Part shown: positions 1 to 10,170 of the stretch, piece after piece
Layout of the letters: each line of letters begins with the position of its first letter
Position numbering within the stretch: the first letter of the stretch is position 1
Virus record (IMG/VR): IMGVR_UViG_3300048572_000010
Location: 1 to 32,602 of that record
Source of the DNA: a virus
Taxonomy: Duplodnaviria > Caudoviricetes
Length of the DNA stretch: 32,602 bases
Reading direction: 5' to 3' (one strand)
The notes under the pieces: generated by a model
Told to the model about the DNA's origin: nothing
Databases searched by the model: none
Seen by the model: the letters and a program-made list of their open reading frames with translations, nothing else
Made by a program: the position numbers and the translations under genes

Positions 1-1
1 T

Positions 2-2077
2 ATTGGAGATATATCTGGAACAAGTATTCGAATTGCCGGATATGAACATTACTCTGGAAAAACAAATACTGCCACATCAACAACAATTGTATTAGCACTA
101 GATGCAACTGGTGCAAACAATGAAGTTTACTATGGCAATACTTCTAATAGTAACATAATTTCTATTGTGTCTGGAACTGGTGCTGGCCAACAAAGAACAA
201 TCAGCTCATATGTCGCCGCAACAAGAACGGCAACCATTTCTTCTGCTTGGACTACAACACCAGATACAACGTCATTCTATTCAATTGGTAGATTAACAAC
301 GACTAGGTCTGGCGATGTTGCAGGTATTTTTAATATTCCGACTTCAACATTTAGAACTGGTGAAAAATCTTTTAGACTAATTGATACTTCAACAGGTGAT
401 ATTCCTTCATCAACGACAAATGGTGATGCATCATTCTTTGCACAAGGCTTATTGCAAACAACAGAAAACACTATTGTCTCTACTGTTCAACCAGTAATCC
501 AAAGAACTTCTGTCAACGATAGTAGAATTACAACAACTACAAGTGTAAATGATGTTCCTGTTGCCGGATGGTGGGATCCACTTGCACAAACTTTCTTAAT
601 TGCACCTGCACAATATAATCAGGGTATTTTTGTTGAGAAAATTAGAGTTTGTTTTAAAACTAAACACGATACTTCTCCTGTTACACTACAACTAAGACCG
701 ACTGTAAATGGCTATCCATCTTCAACGATTGTTTATCCTTATGGGTCTGTAACGCTTACACCAGATAAAGTTAACATTACAGATTCACCAGATTTAGATG
801 ACGCAACAAAATGCACGGACTTTGTGTTTGATACACCAATCTATATGTTGCCTGGTGAACATTCTTTTGTTCTATTATCGAACTCAAATGGATATGAAGC
901 CTATGTTGGTGAAGTTGGTAAATTAGATATAGTTTCTGGTCTACAAATATCTGAACAACCATATGGCGGTTCATTGTTCCAATCACAGAATGGTTCTACT
1001 TGGACAGCTGACCAAAATCTAGATATGTTGTTTAGAATTTCTAGAAAAGTGTTTAGCACTTCTCCTGCAACGGCTCAATTCTTAATTGACAAACCAACTT
1101 CAAATCTTGCTTATGATTTAATTAATACTGTTACATCTGAAGTAACAATGGCAAATACATCATTAGGATATTCATTCTTATCTGAAAAATCAACTGGTGG
1201 ACTAACAAGTTTTATAACTTTTAATCCAAAAGAAGATTATGCAATGGATGATGGAAACGGAAGAAGAATATTAAATCCAACAACAGGCAATACATCCTTC
1301 ATATTGAAGGCAACAATGTCAACATCTAATCCTGATGTTTCTCCTATATTGGATGTTACTAGATTTGGAACAATTTTAGTTGATAACTATATCAACGCCT
1401 TACCTTTGTTGAACTCAGGTTTCTTAATTGCGAACTCAGGTTCTGCATATGCAAACTCTGCCGATGTAACTGTAACGATTAGTGGCGGTGGCGGATCAGG
1501 TGCTGTTGCAACAGCCACAGTCGCATCAAATGTTATTACGGCTATTACTGTAACAAGTGGTGGTACGGGTTATACAACTTCACCAACAATTACAATAACT
1601 CCAGGTTCTGGTGGTGGTTCAGGTGCATCAGTCACATACAATGGTGAAGATAAGAAAACTGGCGGTAATGCTGCAACTAGATATATGACAAGGCGTGTTA
1701 CTCTTGCCGATGGATTTGATTCTGGTGACCTAAGAGTTTATTTGACTGCATACAAACCATCTGGTTCTGAAATCAATGTTTATTATAAACTATTGTCTGG
1801 ATCTGATTCAGAAGTGTTTGATAATAAATCATATCAATTGATGACACAATTAGGTAATCCTAATTTTGTTTCTACTAACAAGAGAGACTATAGAGAGTTG
1901 AGTTTTGCACCAGGATCTTCTTCTGCGGCCAATAATTCAATTTCATATACATCTGGTTCAACTGCATTTAACACATTCAAAACTTTTGCTATTAAGATTG
2001 TTATGTCTGGTACAGATACAACTGATGTTCCAAAAGTAAGAGATTTAAGAGCAATTGCTTTACCTTCTGGAACATAA
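2..2077 (+). CDS. Large virion structural/baseplate protein (DUF4815/VrlC-like), 5' truncated by the window edge
   Basis: The frame is open from position 2 ([10 protein letters not shown]...), so the GTG at 167 is probably not the true start. The WWDPLAQTF motif and the C-terminal [22 protein letters not shown] resemble the large structural protein of T4-like cyano/pelagiphages. Contains a Gly/Thr-rich [14 protein letters not shown] segment. Confidence 0.65.
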   Translation: MGDISGTSIRIAGYEHYSGKTNTATSTTIVLALDATGANNEVYYGNTSNSNIISIVSGTGAGQQRTISSYVAATRTATISSAWTTTPDTTSFYSIGRLTTTRSGDVAGIFNIPTSTFRTGEKSFRLIDTSTGDIPSSTTNGDASFFAQGLLQTTENTIVSTVQPVIQRTSVNDSRITTTTSVNDVPVAGWWDPLAQTFLIAPAQYNQGIFVEKIRVCFKTKHDTSPVTLQLRPTVNGYPSSTIVYPYGSVTLTPDKVNITDSPDLDDATKCTDFVFDTPIYMLPGEHSFVLLSNSNGYEAYVGEVGKLDIVSGLQISEQPYGGSLFQSQNGSTWTADQNLDMLFRISRKVFSTSPATAQFLIDKPTSNLAYDLINTVTSEVTMANTSLGYSFLSEKSTGGLTSFITFNPKEDYAMDDGNGRRILNPTTGNTSFILKATMSTSNPDVSPILDVTRFGTILVDNYINALPLLNSGFLIANSGSAYANSADVTVTISGGGGSGAVATATVASNVITAITVTSGGTGYTTSPTITITPGSGGGSGASVTYNGEDKKTGGNAATRYMTRRVTLADGFDSGDLRVYLTAYKPSGSEINVYYKLLSGSDSEVFDNKSYQLMTQLGNPNFVSTNKRDYRELSFAPGSSSAANNSISYTSGSTAFNTFKTFAIKIVMSGTDTTDVPKVRDLRAIALPSGT

Positions 2078-2078
2078 T

Positions 2079-2318
2079 ATGGGTCAACATGTACGAATAG
2101 GTGATACTGCTCTTATTAGAGATATTCATTCCAAGGCGATTCTAAATACAGATAAATCAGGACTAAATGATTACCTAATGAAAAGAGAAATTGCAAAGAA
2201 ACAACAAGCTGAACAAGTGCAAACTAAAGACCGCTTAGATAAAATAGAAAATGATATGTCGGAAATCAAAAATTTGTTAGTTCAATTAGTCAATACAGGA
2301 AAGTTAAATGGCAATTAA
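2079..2318 (+). CDS. Small hypothetical protein with C-terminal coiled coil
   Basis: ATG at 2079, one base after the upstream TAA, is preferred over the track's TTG at 2055. Motifs LIRDIHSKAILNTD and RLDKIENDMSEIKNLL. The stop overlaps the next gene. Confidence 0.7.
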   Translation: MGQHVRIGDTALIRDIHSKAILNTDKSGLNDYLMKREIAKKQQAEQVQTKDRLDKIENDMSEIKNLLVQLVNTGKLNGN

Positions 2319-2958
2319 TTATTTAACAACAGCCAATACTTTTCAACAATGGCTGATTGGAACACAAGACTTAATCACAGTCGCTAATAATCTTACTGAT
2401 AATATTAGCGGAACTTTCTATGCCAACACCAATCTTGTTGTAGGTAATACTCTTAATGTCGTTGGTGATACTACAATCTCTGGCAATCTTACTGTATCAG
2501 GTAACATTGTACTTGACACAATCGGCTTCGATGATATCAACGCAAATGGTTCTATCAATGTCGGCAATACTTTATTTGTAACTGGTAATTCAACCTTTAG
2601 TAATGCCAATGTAACGAATACACTTACTGCAAATGTTGCACAGATTACAACCGCAACAATTACTACTGGTAATATCACTACTGGTAATATCATTACACTA
2701 GCAGTAACTACTGGTAATATCACAACAGGTAACATTACATCTTTATCTGCTACAACCGGTAATATAACAACTGGTAATATCTCTGGAACATTGACTGTTA
2801 CTGGAAATTCAACCTTCAGTAATGCCAATGTAACAAACACTTTAACTGCTAATATTGCGAATGTTACATCTCTAGTGGGAACGGCAAATACTGCAATTTA
2901 TAATAGAATCGCTGAAGCCGAAGGCACTTCTCTTGCTTTCTCAATTGCACTAGGATAA
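2308..2958 (+). CDS. Fibre-like structural protein with ITTGN repeats, ending in SIALG
   Basis: N-terminal ANTFQQW motif, pentapeptide TTGNI repeats and a duplicated VTGNSTFSNANVTNTLTAN segment (about 2578-2640 and 2797-2859). Confidence 0.7.
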   Translation: MAINYLTTANTFQQWLIGTQDLITVANNLTDNISGTFYANTNLVVGNTLNVVGDTTISGNLTVSGNIVLDTIGFDDINANGSINVGNTLFVTGNSTFSNANVTNTLTANVAQITTATITTGNITTGNIITLAVTTGNITTGNITSLSATTGNITTGNISGTLTVTGNSTFSNANVTNTLTANIANVTSLVGTANTAIYNRIAEAEGTSLAFSIALG

Positions 2959-2969
2959 ATACATAAATA
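2954..2969 (+). promoter_or_regulatory. Tandem T4-type late promoter-like motifs (GATAAATA, CATAAATA)
   Basis: Two adjacent NATAAATA octamers about 20 nt upstream of ATG 2991. The T4 gp55 late consensus is TATAAATA. Confidence 0.6.
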
Positions 2970-2990
2970 GGATATCAAGGAAAAATATAA

Positions 2991-3317
2991 ATGGCTAACA
3001 CCTTCAAATCAAACGTAGCAGCAAATATTGTAACAAGTGGTAATACAATTTACACTTGTCCTTCTGCTACACAAACAACTCTTATTGGGTTGACACTTTC
3101 AAACAAATCGGCCGGTACAGTCACCGCAAATGTGTATTTGACTCGTTCTGCCGTTGATTATTCTATTATTTCCAACGCACCAATATTAACAGGGTCTACT
3201 CTTGTCCCAATCGGCGGAGACCAAAAAGTTGTTTTACAGGCTGCAGATGTTCTAAAAGTAACAACAAGCGCCAACGGTTCGATGGACGTGATAGCGTCAC
3301 TTTTAGAAATAGCATAA
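2991..3317 (+). CDS. Small all-beta virion protein (MANTFK... type), putative fibre adaptor
   Basis: SD AAGGA upstream; 108 aa, beta-rich. This sequence type is familiar from fibre clusters of aquatic phages. Function is inferred from position. Confidence 0.65.
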   Translation: MANTFKSNVAANIVTSGNTIYTCPSATQTTLIGLTLSNKSAGTVTANVYLTRSAVDYSIISNAPILTGSTLVPIGGDQKVVLQAADVLKVTTSANGSMDVIASLLEIA

Positions 3318-3326
3318 GGTACATAA

Positions 3327-4604
3327 ATGGCATACATTGGCGCAGTCGCACCTGGTTACGACCCAACAAGAGCTAGTGTCCCTCAGTTAGATGCTGAGCG
3401 ATTTAGTGGTGATGCTTCGACTACAGCATTTACTCTTGCAAGACAGGTTGTATCTCCAACAGATATTGATGTTGTTGTTGAGAATGTTACACAAGAACCA
3501 ACCGTTTCTTATTCAGTCAATGGTTATACTTTAACTTTTACAGAAGCACCAGGATCAGGTACTAATAACATCTATGTTATTTACCGTGGTTCTGGCATAT
3601 CGAACTATGCATTTGTTCCAGATGGCTCAATCACATATGCAAAACTCGCAAACAATATCAAACAATTTACTGTTGATGCCGTTACTGCAAATGGTACAGG
3701 AACAACAGTAGAACTTACAGAAGCACCTGCATCTGCAAACTCTATTATAGTTTCAGTTGATGGTGTTATTCAAACTGCACCAACAAACTACACTTTGTCT
3801 GGTAGCACAATTACATTTACAGGCACACCAGATAACGGTGCGAATGTTGTAGTAAGACATATTGGATTTAGAACAACTTCAACTGTTACTGCATTACAGG
3901 CAAGTTCAGTTACCGCAACAGAAATCGCAGATGGTTCTATTACTAATGCGAAAATTGTTTCAGTTGCAAATACAAAGATTAGTGGTAATATTGTTAGCTC
4001 ACAGATTACATCGGTGGCTAATACTCAGATTACTGGTACAATCTCAGTAGCGAATACTGCAATCACTGGTAACATTATTAGCTCACAAATCACACCTAAT
4101 CCTACACTATATGGTAATGTTTCTGTTACTGGTGTTATTGGAGTAGGTGGTGCTACACCATCTACAAGTGGTTCTGGTATTACATTTCCTGCATCTCAAT
4201 CAGCATCATCCAATGCAAACACGCTTGATGATTATGAAGAAGGAACTTGGACACCAACTATTTCTGGTGGATATACAGGAGTAACTTATGCCGCTCAACA
4301 TGGATGGTATACAAAAGCTGGTAGATTTGTAAATATTTCTGCCCGAATTCAATTTAGTGGTACTGCAAATGCTAGTGCATTTTCAATTATAGGATTGCCA
4401 TTTTCACAGGGCAATATTGGTGGCGGTGCTTATGGCGGTGGTGGTATTCCATATTCAAGTCTTGCTGTAATTACAAACACTAGCCCATATTGCTCAGGAA
4501 ATACTGTTGAATACTACACAATGGGTACTGGTACACAAATAACTTCATCAGGAAATGCGTCTTCCAGCTGGATTAGTTTTGTAATCACTATTGCAACGGA
4601 CTAA
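3327..4604 (+). CDS. Tail fibre / receptor-binding protein (MAYIG N-terminus, two repeated beta modules, DDYEEGTWTP-type tip)
   Basis: Two ~65 aa repeats (FSGDASTTAFTL..V.VENVTQEP..Y..G.TLTFTEAP and ANGTGTTVEL..VSVDGVIQTAP..Y..G.TITFTGTP), a SVANT linker and a C-terminal NTLDDYEEGTWTP...GWYTKAGRFV domain. Confidence 0.75.
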   Translation: MAYIGAVAPGYDPTRASVPQLDAERFSGDASTTAFTLARQVVSPTDIDVVVENVTQEPTVSYSVNGYTLTFTEAPGSGTNNIYVIYRGSGISNYAFVPDGSITYAKLANNIKQFTVDAVTANGTGTTVELTEAPASANSIIVSVDGVIQTAPTNYTLSGSTITFTGTPDNGANVVVRHIGFRTTSTVTALQASSVTATEIADGSITNAKIVSVANTKISGNIVSSQITSVANTQITGTISVANTAITGNIISSQITPNPTLYGNVSVTGVIGVGGATPSTSGSGITFPASQSASSNANTLDDYEEGTWTPTISGGYTGVTYAAQHGWYTKAGRFVNISARIQFSGTANASAFSIIGLPFSQGNIGGGAYGGGGIPYSSLAVITNTSPYCSGNTVEYYTMGTGTQITSSGNASSSWISFVITIATD

Positions 4605-4618
4605 AAGGAAAAAATATA

Positions 4619-4870
4619 ATGTCAACATTAACAGAAACAAAAACAGTAGACCAAATCACGGTCACAGAAAACGGTATTGTATTATATCGGGAAGCAACAC
4701 GCATCCTAAAAGATGGTGATGAAATTGCTAAAACATACCACCGCACCAGCCTAACACCTGGTCAAGACCTAACTGGTCAACCCGCCAATGTAGTTGCAAT
4801 TTGTAACGCAGCGTGGACAGAAGCAGTCATTGCCGCATATCAAGCACAAGTAGCCGCACAACAAGTATAA
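4619..4870 (+). CDS. Small fibre partner / putative tail fibre assembly chaperone
   Basis: SD AAGGA; lies directly after the DDYEEGTWTP fibre; motif YHRTSLTPG..VVAICNAAWT. Confidence 0.6.
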   Translation: MSTLTETKTVDQITVTENGIVLYREATRILKDGDEIAKTYHRTSLTPGQDLTGQPANVVAICNAAWTEAVIAAYQAQVAAQQV

Positions 4871-4873
4871 ATA
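4866..4873 (+). promoter_or_regulatory. T4 late promoter TATAAATA
   Basis: Exact consensus, overlapping the TAA of the upstream gene and 20 nt before ATG 4894. Confidence 0.7.
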
Positions 4874-4893
4874 ATACAAAGAGTAAAGACTAA

Positions 4894-5172
4894 ATGCCAA
4901 TTCAAAAAATTACAAGTGGTATTCTACAAGACGGTGCAATTGCTACCGCTGATATTGCTGACGGTTCGATTACCGCTATCAAATTAGCTTCAGGTGCAGG
5001 AGGTCAATATAGTGATTCTCAAAATACTCATGTAATAGCATATAATGGTTTAACAATCAGTTCAAATGTAACTATTGCCGCAAATAATGGTGGACTTTCT
5101 GTTGGCCCAATTTCAATTAATAGTGGAAATACTGTGACTATTAGTGCAAACTCAAGATGGGTTGTATTGTGA
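4894..5172 (+). CDS. Small adaptor-like virion protein (C-terminal GPISINSGNTVTISANSRWVVL)
   Basis: 92 aa with IADGSIT repeats. The C-terminal ~45 aa are paralogous to the end of 10171..10593. Confidence 0.65.
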   Translation: MPIQKITSGILQDGAIATADIADGSITAIKLASGAGGQYSDSQNTHVIAYNGLTISSNVTIAANNGGLSVGPISINSGNTVTISANSRWVVL

Positions 5173-5197
5173 AAAAAACATTGGATAGGAAATAAGA

Positions 5198-5809
5198 ATG
5201 GCTTCAGTAGTAATTTCAGGCGACACATCCGGAGCAGTAACGATAACTGCACCAGCAGTAGCAGGTACGCCTACACTAACTTTACCAACCGCAACCGATA
5301 CACTAATCGGCCGTGCAACCACAGATACTCTGACTAATAAAAGTATTGTTGCTTCTCAGTTAACAGGAACAATCGCTGGTGCTAGAATGCCTGCTGGTAG
5401 TGTGTTACAAGTGGTAAATGCTACTTATTCAACAGAATCAGATTTTAACTCTACATCATTTGCAGATACAAATTTAACGGCAACAATAACACCAACAAGT
5501 GCAACAAGTAAAATATTAATTCTTGTAACGCAAGCAGATTGTGCAAAATTCGATAGCAATAACTTTGTTAAATTAAAATTAGTTAGAAACAGCACAGACA
5601 TACTTACATTTGGGGCAACTGGTGCAGCTACAAATAGCACGGCATTAAATGCTATAGGCTCAATAAGTGCTAGTTATTTAGATAGTCCAGCAACTACATC
5701 TGCCACTACATATAAAACACAAGTAGCATCTCAATCAGCTTCCGTTGGTATTAGGCTTCAATACAATAATAGTTCTTCAACAATTACACTTATGGAGATA
5801 GCGGCATGA
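5198..5809 (+). CDS. Short fibre / receptor-binding protein (GSVLQVV...ITLMEIAA tip)
   Basis: SD AGGA. The C-terminal domain is paralogous to that of 8430..9221. ATGA overlap with the partner gene. Confidence 0.7.
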   Translation: MASVVISGDTSGAVTITAPAVAGTPTLTLPTATDTLIGRATTDTLTNKSIVASQLTGTIAGARMPAGSVLQVVNATYSTESDFNSTSFADTNLTATITPTSATSKILILVTQADCAKFDSNNFVKLKLVRNSTDILTFGATGAATNSTALNAIGSISASYLDSPATTSATTYKTQVASQSASVGIRLQYNNSSSTITLMEIAA

Positions 5810-6078
5810 TTGATATGAAAAGAGCAATTTTAAAACTATATCCACAAGTAACTGTCATCCGTGGCGATGATGCTTTTGACGCACAAGGCAATCCTGTTAC
5901 CTATAACGAAGCCACAGTCCAAGCCTACATTGATACTCATGCATACATAGCCAAACGTCAAGCTGAGTATCCCCCAATGACTGACTACCTAGACGGCATA
6001 GCCAAAGGTGACCAAGCACAGATTGACAAATACATAGCCGACTGCCAAGCAGTTAAAGCAAAGTATCCAAAAGGATAA
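5806..6078 (+). CDS. Small fibre partner / putative chaperone (R..EYP...VK.KYPK)
   Basis: Translationally coupled by ATGA; paralog of 9218..9499. Confidence 0.65.
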   Translation: MIDMKRAILKLYPQVTVIRGDDAFDAQGNPVTYNEATVQAYIDTHAYIAKRQAEYPPMTDYLDGIAKGDQAQIDKYIADCQAVKAKYPKG

Positions 6079-6115
6079 AAATGACTACAACAAATATCAC
6101 AACAGGTAATATAAA

Positions 6116-7036
6116 ATGGTAGCAACGGTAAACGCATCAACATCAGCAGGCGTAGTTATTACTCCTGATAATTCTGGTGTATTAGCATTTCAGTCCTCTA
6201 GTGCTACGGCTTTAACAATAGATGCTTCACAGAATGTGGGGATTGGAACAACCTCTATTGCTGATACTTCATCAACGGGGAAAGTGTTTGAAATATACGG
6301 TGGCGCAAATGCCGCACATATACACTTTACAAACTCTGCAACTGGGCAGACGGCTGGCGATGGGTTTATTATTGGTACATCAGTTGGTGGAAGCGATGCG
6401 CTATTAATTCAGCGTGAGTCTGCAAACATGATTTTTAGAACAGCAGATACAGAGCGTATGCGTATCGACTCCAGCGGTAACTCATGGTTTCGTACTACTG
6501 GTTCAACAGAAACATGGGTTGCTACTACTGGTACATACGCAAAAATTGGTGATGCGACTTATCCAATAGGGACAACAGCACCAGGTCTTAACATGATTCT
6601 TAATAGAAATACCTCAACAGGTCAAATTCTAGAATTTAAATACAACGGAACGGCTGTTGGTACTGTATCTGTAACTGGTTCTGCTACTGCTTATAACACT
6701 TCATCCGACTATCGACTAAAAGAAAACATCGCACCAATAATTGGAGCGTTAACTAAAGTTGCTCAATTAAAACCTGTTACATATAAATGGAAAGTTGATG
6801 GCTCTGATGGTGAAGGATTTATAGCGCATGAATTGGCAGAAGTATTTCCACAAGCAGTTGACGGAACTAAAGATGCTGTTGATGAAAATGGAAAACCAAT
6901 CCATCAAGGCATTGATGTTTCATTCCTAGTAGCCACACTAACTGCTGCTATACAAGAACTAAAAGCAATAAACGACACACAAGCCGAAACAATCAACGCA
7001 CTAACCGCCCGAATCGTGGCGCTGGAGACAATATAA
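6116..7036 (+). CDS. Tail fibre/spike protein with C-terminal peptidase S74 intramolecular chaperone
   Basis: TSSDYRLKENI auto-cleavage motif, GFIAHE motif and C-terminal coiled coil AIQELKA...; the shaft has VGIGTT and ERMRIDSSGN motifs. Confidence 0.8.
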   Translation: MVATVNASTSAGVVITPDNSGVLAFQSSSATALTIDASQNVGIGTTSIADTSSTGKVFEIYGGANAAHIHFTNSATGQTAGDGFIIGTSVGGSDALLIQRESANMIFRTADTERMRIDSSGNSWFRTTGSTETWVATTGTYAKIGDATYPIGTTAPGLNMILNRNTSTGQILEFKYNGTAVGTVSVTGSATAYNTSSDYRLKENIAPIIGALTKVAQLKPVTYKWKVDGSDGEGFIAHELAEVFPQAVDGTKDAVDENGKPIHQGIDVSFLVATLTAAIQELKAINDTQAETINALTARIVALETI

Positions 7037-7040
7037 TATG
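6953..7040 (+). repeat. 88-bp direct repeat, copy 1 (copy 2 at 13904..13991)
   Basis: Manual alignment gives 84/88 identity. Covers the end of the S74 gene, its stop and the next ATG. Confidence 0.9.
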
Positions 7041-8378
7041 CCATTAGTATTAGACGGAACCACAGGATTTTCTGGTGGTGGCGGAGTAGCAACTTCTACC
7101 GCATTGGGTAGTAGTGCTTTATTCACAAACAGTACAGGTACAAACCTTGTAGCAATTGGATATCAAGCAGGATATTTCACAACAGCAGGACCAAATGTCT
7201 TTGTTGGCTCTCAAGCAGGATACACAAATAGCACTGGTACAAATAATATTGGAATTGGATATCAAGCAGGATATTCCAATACCACAGCTACTAACAATGT
7301 AGCAGTAGGATATCAGGCTAATTATAGCAATCAAACAATGTCAAACACGACAGCAATTGGTTATCAAGCAGGATACACAAATACTGGAGATAATGAACTT
7401 GTTGCTGTTGGTTATCGTGCTTTATATTTGGCAACCACAGGCACAAACAATACTGCTCTTGGACACAATACTCTTGCGGCAAACACAACTGGCTCACACA
7501 ATTTAGCAGTAGGTTCTGCGGCATTAAATGTAAATACTACTGGTTCTTACAATACCGCAATAGGTAGAGTAGCACTTGTAGCCAACACCACAGGCTCTAA
7601 CAATACCGCAGTAGGATATCAAGCACTTAATGCCAACACCACAGCAGCAAACAGCGTAGCAGTAGGTTATCAGGCTCTTTACAACAATACTGGCACACAA
7701 AATGTTGCAATAGGCTCACAAGCACTTTATTCAAATACAAGTGCTGTTAATAACGTAGCAATAGGTTATCAAGCGGGGCAATACAACACCGCATCAGGAA
7801 ATATTTTTATCGGTCAAGGTGCTGGAACAACTAGAGCAACTACTGGTGAATTTAATATTCTTATTGGCGCAACTGCACAAAATAGTGCATTAGCAGGTAA
7901 TTACGAAATTGTTATTGGTACAAACAATCCTACAGGAAAAGGTTCGTCAACGGGTTTTATAAATCCTAATGGTGGAGGTATGTATCAAGGTAATAACTCT
8001 GCTAATTGGTCAACAACATCTGACCGCAGACTCAAAAAGAATATTGTAGACAATACAGATGGTCTAAACAAAATTACGGCTGTGCGTGTTCGTAACTTTG
8101 AGTATCGTTTACCAGAAGAAGTTACAGAATTAGAACCAGAAAGTGCTGTGCCAAATACAGGCGTTCAATTAGGCGTTATTGCTCAAGAATTACAAGCCGT
8201 TTTACCTGATTGTGTAAAAGAAGAAACAACGGGTGTTTTGTCGGTAGACCCTGACAACCTAACTTGGTACATGATTAATGCTATAAAAGAACTCAAAGCA
8301 CTTGTTGACGCACAAGCCGCTTTGATTACTGGACAAGCCGCAGAGATTGTGGCACTCAAAGCAAAAGTTGGCCTATAA
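7038..8378 (+). CDS. Tail fibre protein with YadA-head-like 14-17 aa repeats and S74 chaperone
   Basis: Many N(T/V)A(V/I)GYQA(G/L) repeats; TTSDRRLKKNI cleavage motif; GVIAQEL; C-terminal coiled coil. Confidence 0.8.
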   Translation: MPLVLDGTTGFSGGGGVATSTALGSSALFTNSTGTNLVAIGYQAGYFTTAGPNVFVGSQAGYTNSTGTNNIGIGYQAGYSNTTATNNVAVGYQANYSNQTMSNTTAIGYQAGYTNTGDNELVAVGYRALYLATTGTNNTALGHNTLAANTTGSHNLAVGSAALNVNTTGSYNTAIGRVALVANTTGSNNTAVGYQALNANTTAANSVAVGYQALYNNTGTQNVAIGSQALYSNTSAVNNVAIGYQAGQYNTASGNIFIGQGAGTTRATTGEFNILIGATAQNSALAGNYEIVIGTNNPTGKGSSTGFINPNGGGMYQGNNSANWSTTSDRRLKKNIVDNTDGLNKITAVRVRNFEYRLPEEVTELEPESAVPNTGVQLGVIAQELQAVLPDCVKEETTGVLSVDPDNLTWYMINAIKELKALVDAQAALITGQAAEIVALKAKVGL

Positions 8379-8397
8379 AGACTATTGAATTAACTGT

Positions 8398-8405
8398 TAT
8401 AAATA
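8398..8405 (+). promoter_or_regulatory. T4 late promoter TATAAATA
   Basis: Exact consensus in the intergenic gap, 24 nt before GTG 8430. Confidence 0.7.
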
Positions 8406-8429
8406 AAAGACTAATAGAGAGAACATAAA

Positions 8430-9221
8430 GTGTCCCTTACGAAAGTTTCGCCTTCTTTATTCGCAACAACGAATAATATAACTTCAGTCACCGTTGGTGG
8501 CTCCGCTAATACCATTTCGTTAACATTTGATGGTAGTGGTGTTATCACATCTGCAACAAACAATGCGGTAAGTGTTGCGAATACTGCAATCACTGGTAAC
8601 ATAATTAGCTCACAGATTACTTCTGTTGCCAATACTCAGATTACTGGTAATATTACTGCGGCTCAGATTACATCGGTTGCTAATACTCAGTTGACTGGTC
8701 TGATTCAAGCTGCACAAATTGGGTCAGCTAATGCTACTTTGATTACTTCTGGTACATTACCAGGAACTAGATTACCTGCTGGTAGTGTGTTGCAGGTAGT
8801 ACAGAATACAACATCAACTACCGCAAGCACTAGTTCATCTGCTTCATATGTAGATAGTAATTTAACTGCATCAATAACTCCAACAAGTGCAACAAGTAAA
8901 ATTCTTGTTATAGTAATGCAAGGAATGCAAGTCACCAACCAAAGCAATCCTTATGCAACTGGTATGTGGCAGTTATTAAGAGGCGCAACTGCCATATATG
9001 CGCCCAATTCAACTGATAACGGAAACATATTTGCCTATGATTACGGTGGTTCTGGAATAAATGTATTCAGACCAACTCCACTCACATGGCTTGATTCTCC
9101 AAATACAACAAGTTCCACTACATACAAAACACAATTTAAATTAGGAACAAATGGAGGCGCTTCAATAACAGCAAATCCTGGCGCACCTTCATCTATTACT
9201 CTTATGGAGATAGCCGCATGA
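8430..9221 (+). CDS. Fibre / receptor-binding protein (GTG start, SVANT linker, GSVLQVV...ITLMEIAA tip)
   Basis: GAGAG upstream of the GTG; three SVANT repeats; tip paralogous to 5198..5809. Confidence 0.7.
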   Translation: MSLTKVSPSLFATTNNITSVTVGGSANTISLTFDGSGVITSATNNAVSVANTAITGNIISSQITSVANTQITGNITAAQITSVANTQLTGLIQAAQIGSANATLITSGTLPGTRLPAGSVLQVVQNTTSTTASTSSSASYVDSNLTASITPTSATSKILVIVMQGMQVTNQSNPYATGMWQLLRGATAIYAPNSTDNGNIFAYDYGGSGINVFRPTPLTWLDSPNTTSSTTYKTQFKLGTNGGASITANPGAPSSITLMEIAA

Positions 9222-9499
9222 ACAAATATGATGCAATTTATAAAACTTACACTAATGTTGTTACTATAAATGGCAATGATGCTTTTGATGCTCAAGGCAA
9301 TCCCGTTATCTACAATGAAGCCACAGTTCAAGCCTACATTGATTCTCAAGCATACATAGAAAATCGTCAGCGTGAATATCCTTTACTCGCAGATTTGGCG
9401 GATGCACTATATCATCAATCTAAAGGTGACGAAACTAAGTTGACTGCATATCTCGCAAAATGTGAAGCAGTTAAGACTAAGTATCCTAAATCATCATAA
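9218..9499 (+). CDS. Small fibre partner / putative chaperone
   Basis: ATGA-coupled; paralog of 5806..6078 (shared DAFDAQGNPV.YNEATVQAYID). Confidence 0.65.
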   Translation: MNKYDAIYKTYTNVVTINGNDAFDAQGNPVIYNEATVQAYIDSQAYIENRQREYPLLADLADALYHQSKGDETKLTAYLAKCEAVKTKYPKSS

Positions 9500-9502
9500 A
9501 TA
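9495..9502 (+). promoter_or_regulatory. Late promoter-like CATAAATA
   Basis: One mismatch to the consensus; overlaps the upstream stop and precedes the endonuclease gene. Confidence 0.55.
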
Positions 9503-9524
9503 CAGTATAACATAGGAACACATT

Positions 9525-10169
9525 TTGTCTGTAGCACACCTTTATAAAATAACCAATAAACTAACTGATGAGTATTATATTGGTAAACATAATGGTTTGG
9601 ATCAAAAAAAGTCAAACGGATATTTATATTGGGGTTCTGGTGACAGAATCCGCAATCAAGTAAAGAAACATGGTGCTGATAATTTTAGATATGAAGTTTT
9701 AGTTATAAGCACACCAGAATACATCTATGAATTAGAAGGAAAAATGGTAACATTGAATTTGATTGAATCTGATAATAAGTGTTTAAATTTAAAGGGTGGT
9801 GGCTATGGCGCAAAATATACATCAGAACAAACTAAGAAAAAAATTATTTTAAAAAATTCTGGTAAAATAAGGTCCGAAGAAACCAAAGAAAAGATTAGAG
9901 TTGCAAGAGCAAAACAAGTTTTTACAAAAGAACAAAGAGATAGAGCTAATAAAACAATATCAACTTTAGTTTGGATGAATGATGGTGAAAAAAGTTACAG
10001 AATTAGACCAGAAAATATTCAAGTGTCTAAAGAAAAAGGTATGGTTGAAGGTCGAATAAAAGACTACATAAATACCGAATACAGAAACAAATTTAAAACA
10101 TATGCCAAAGAACAATGGCAAAAAGTTAAAGAAACCGGTCATATAGGCCATTTAATTAAGGTGAACTAA
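9525..10169 (+). CDS. Free-standing GIY-YIG homing endonuclease (Seg-like)
   Basis: HLYKITNKLTDEYYIGKH (GIY-YIG), YWGSG, catalytic-region ELE and CLNLKGGG, NUMOD3-like RSEETKEKIR repeats and a WMNDG motif. TTG start with AGGA SD. Confidence 0.85.
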   Translation: MSVAHLYKITNKLTDEYYIGKHNGLDQKKSNGYLYWGSGDRIRNQVKKHGADNFRYEVLVISTPEYIYELEGKMVTLNLIESDNKCLNLKGGGYGAKYTSEQTKKKIILKNSGKIRSEETKEKIRVARAKQVFTKEQRDRANKTISTLVWMNDGEKSYRIRPENIQVSKEKGMVEGRIKDYINTEYRNKFKTYAKEQWQKVKETGHIGHLIKVN

Positions 10170-10170
10170 A

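Noticed and set aside
2650-2790. CRISPR-like or non-coding tandem array (ACTGGTAATAT units)
   Set aside because: These are in-frame coding repeats (TTGNI) with synonymous variation and no unique spacers.
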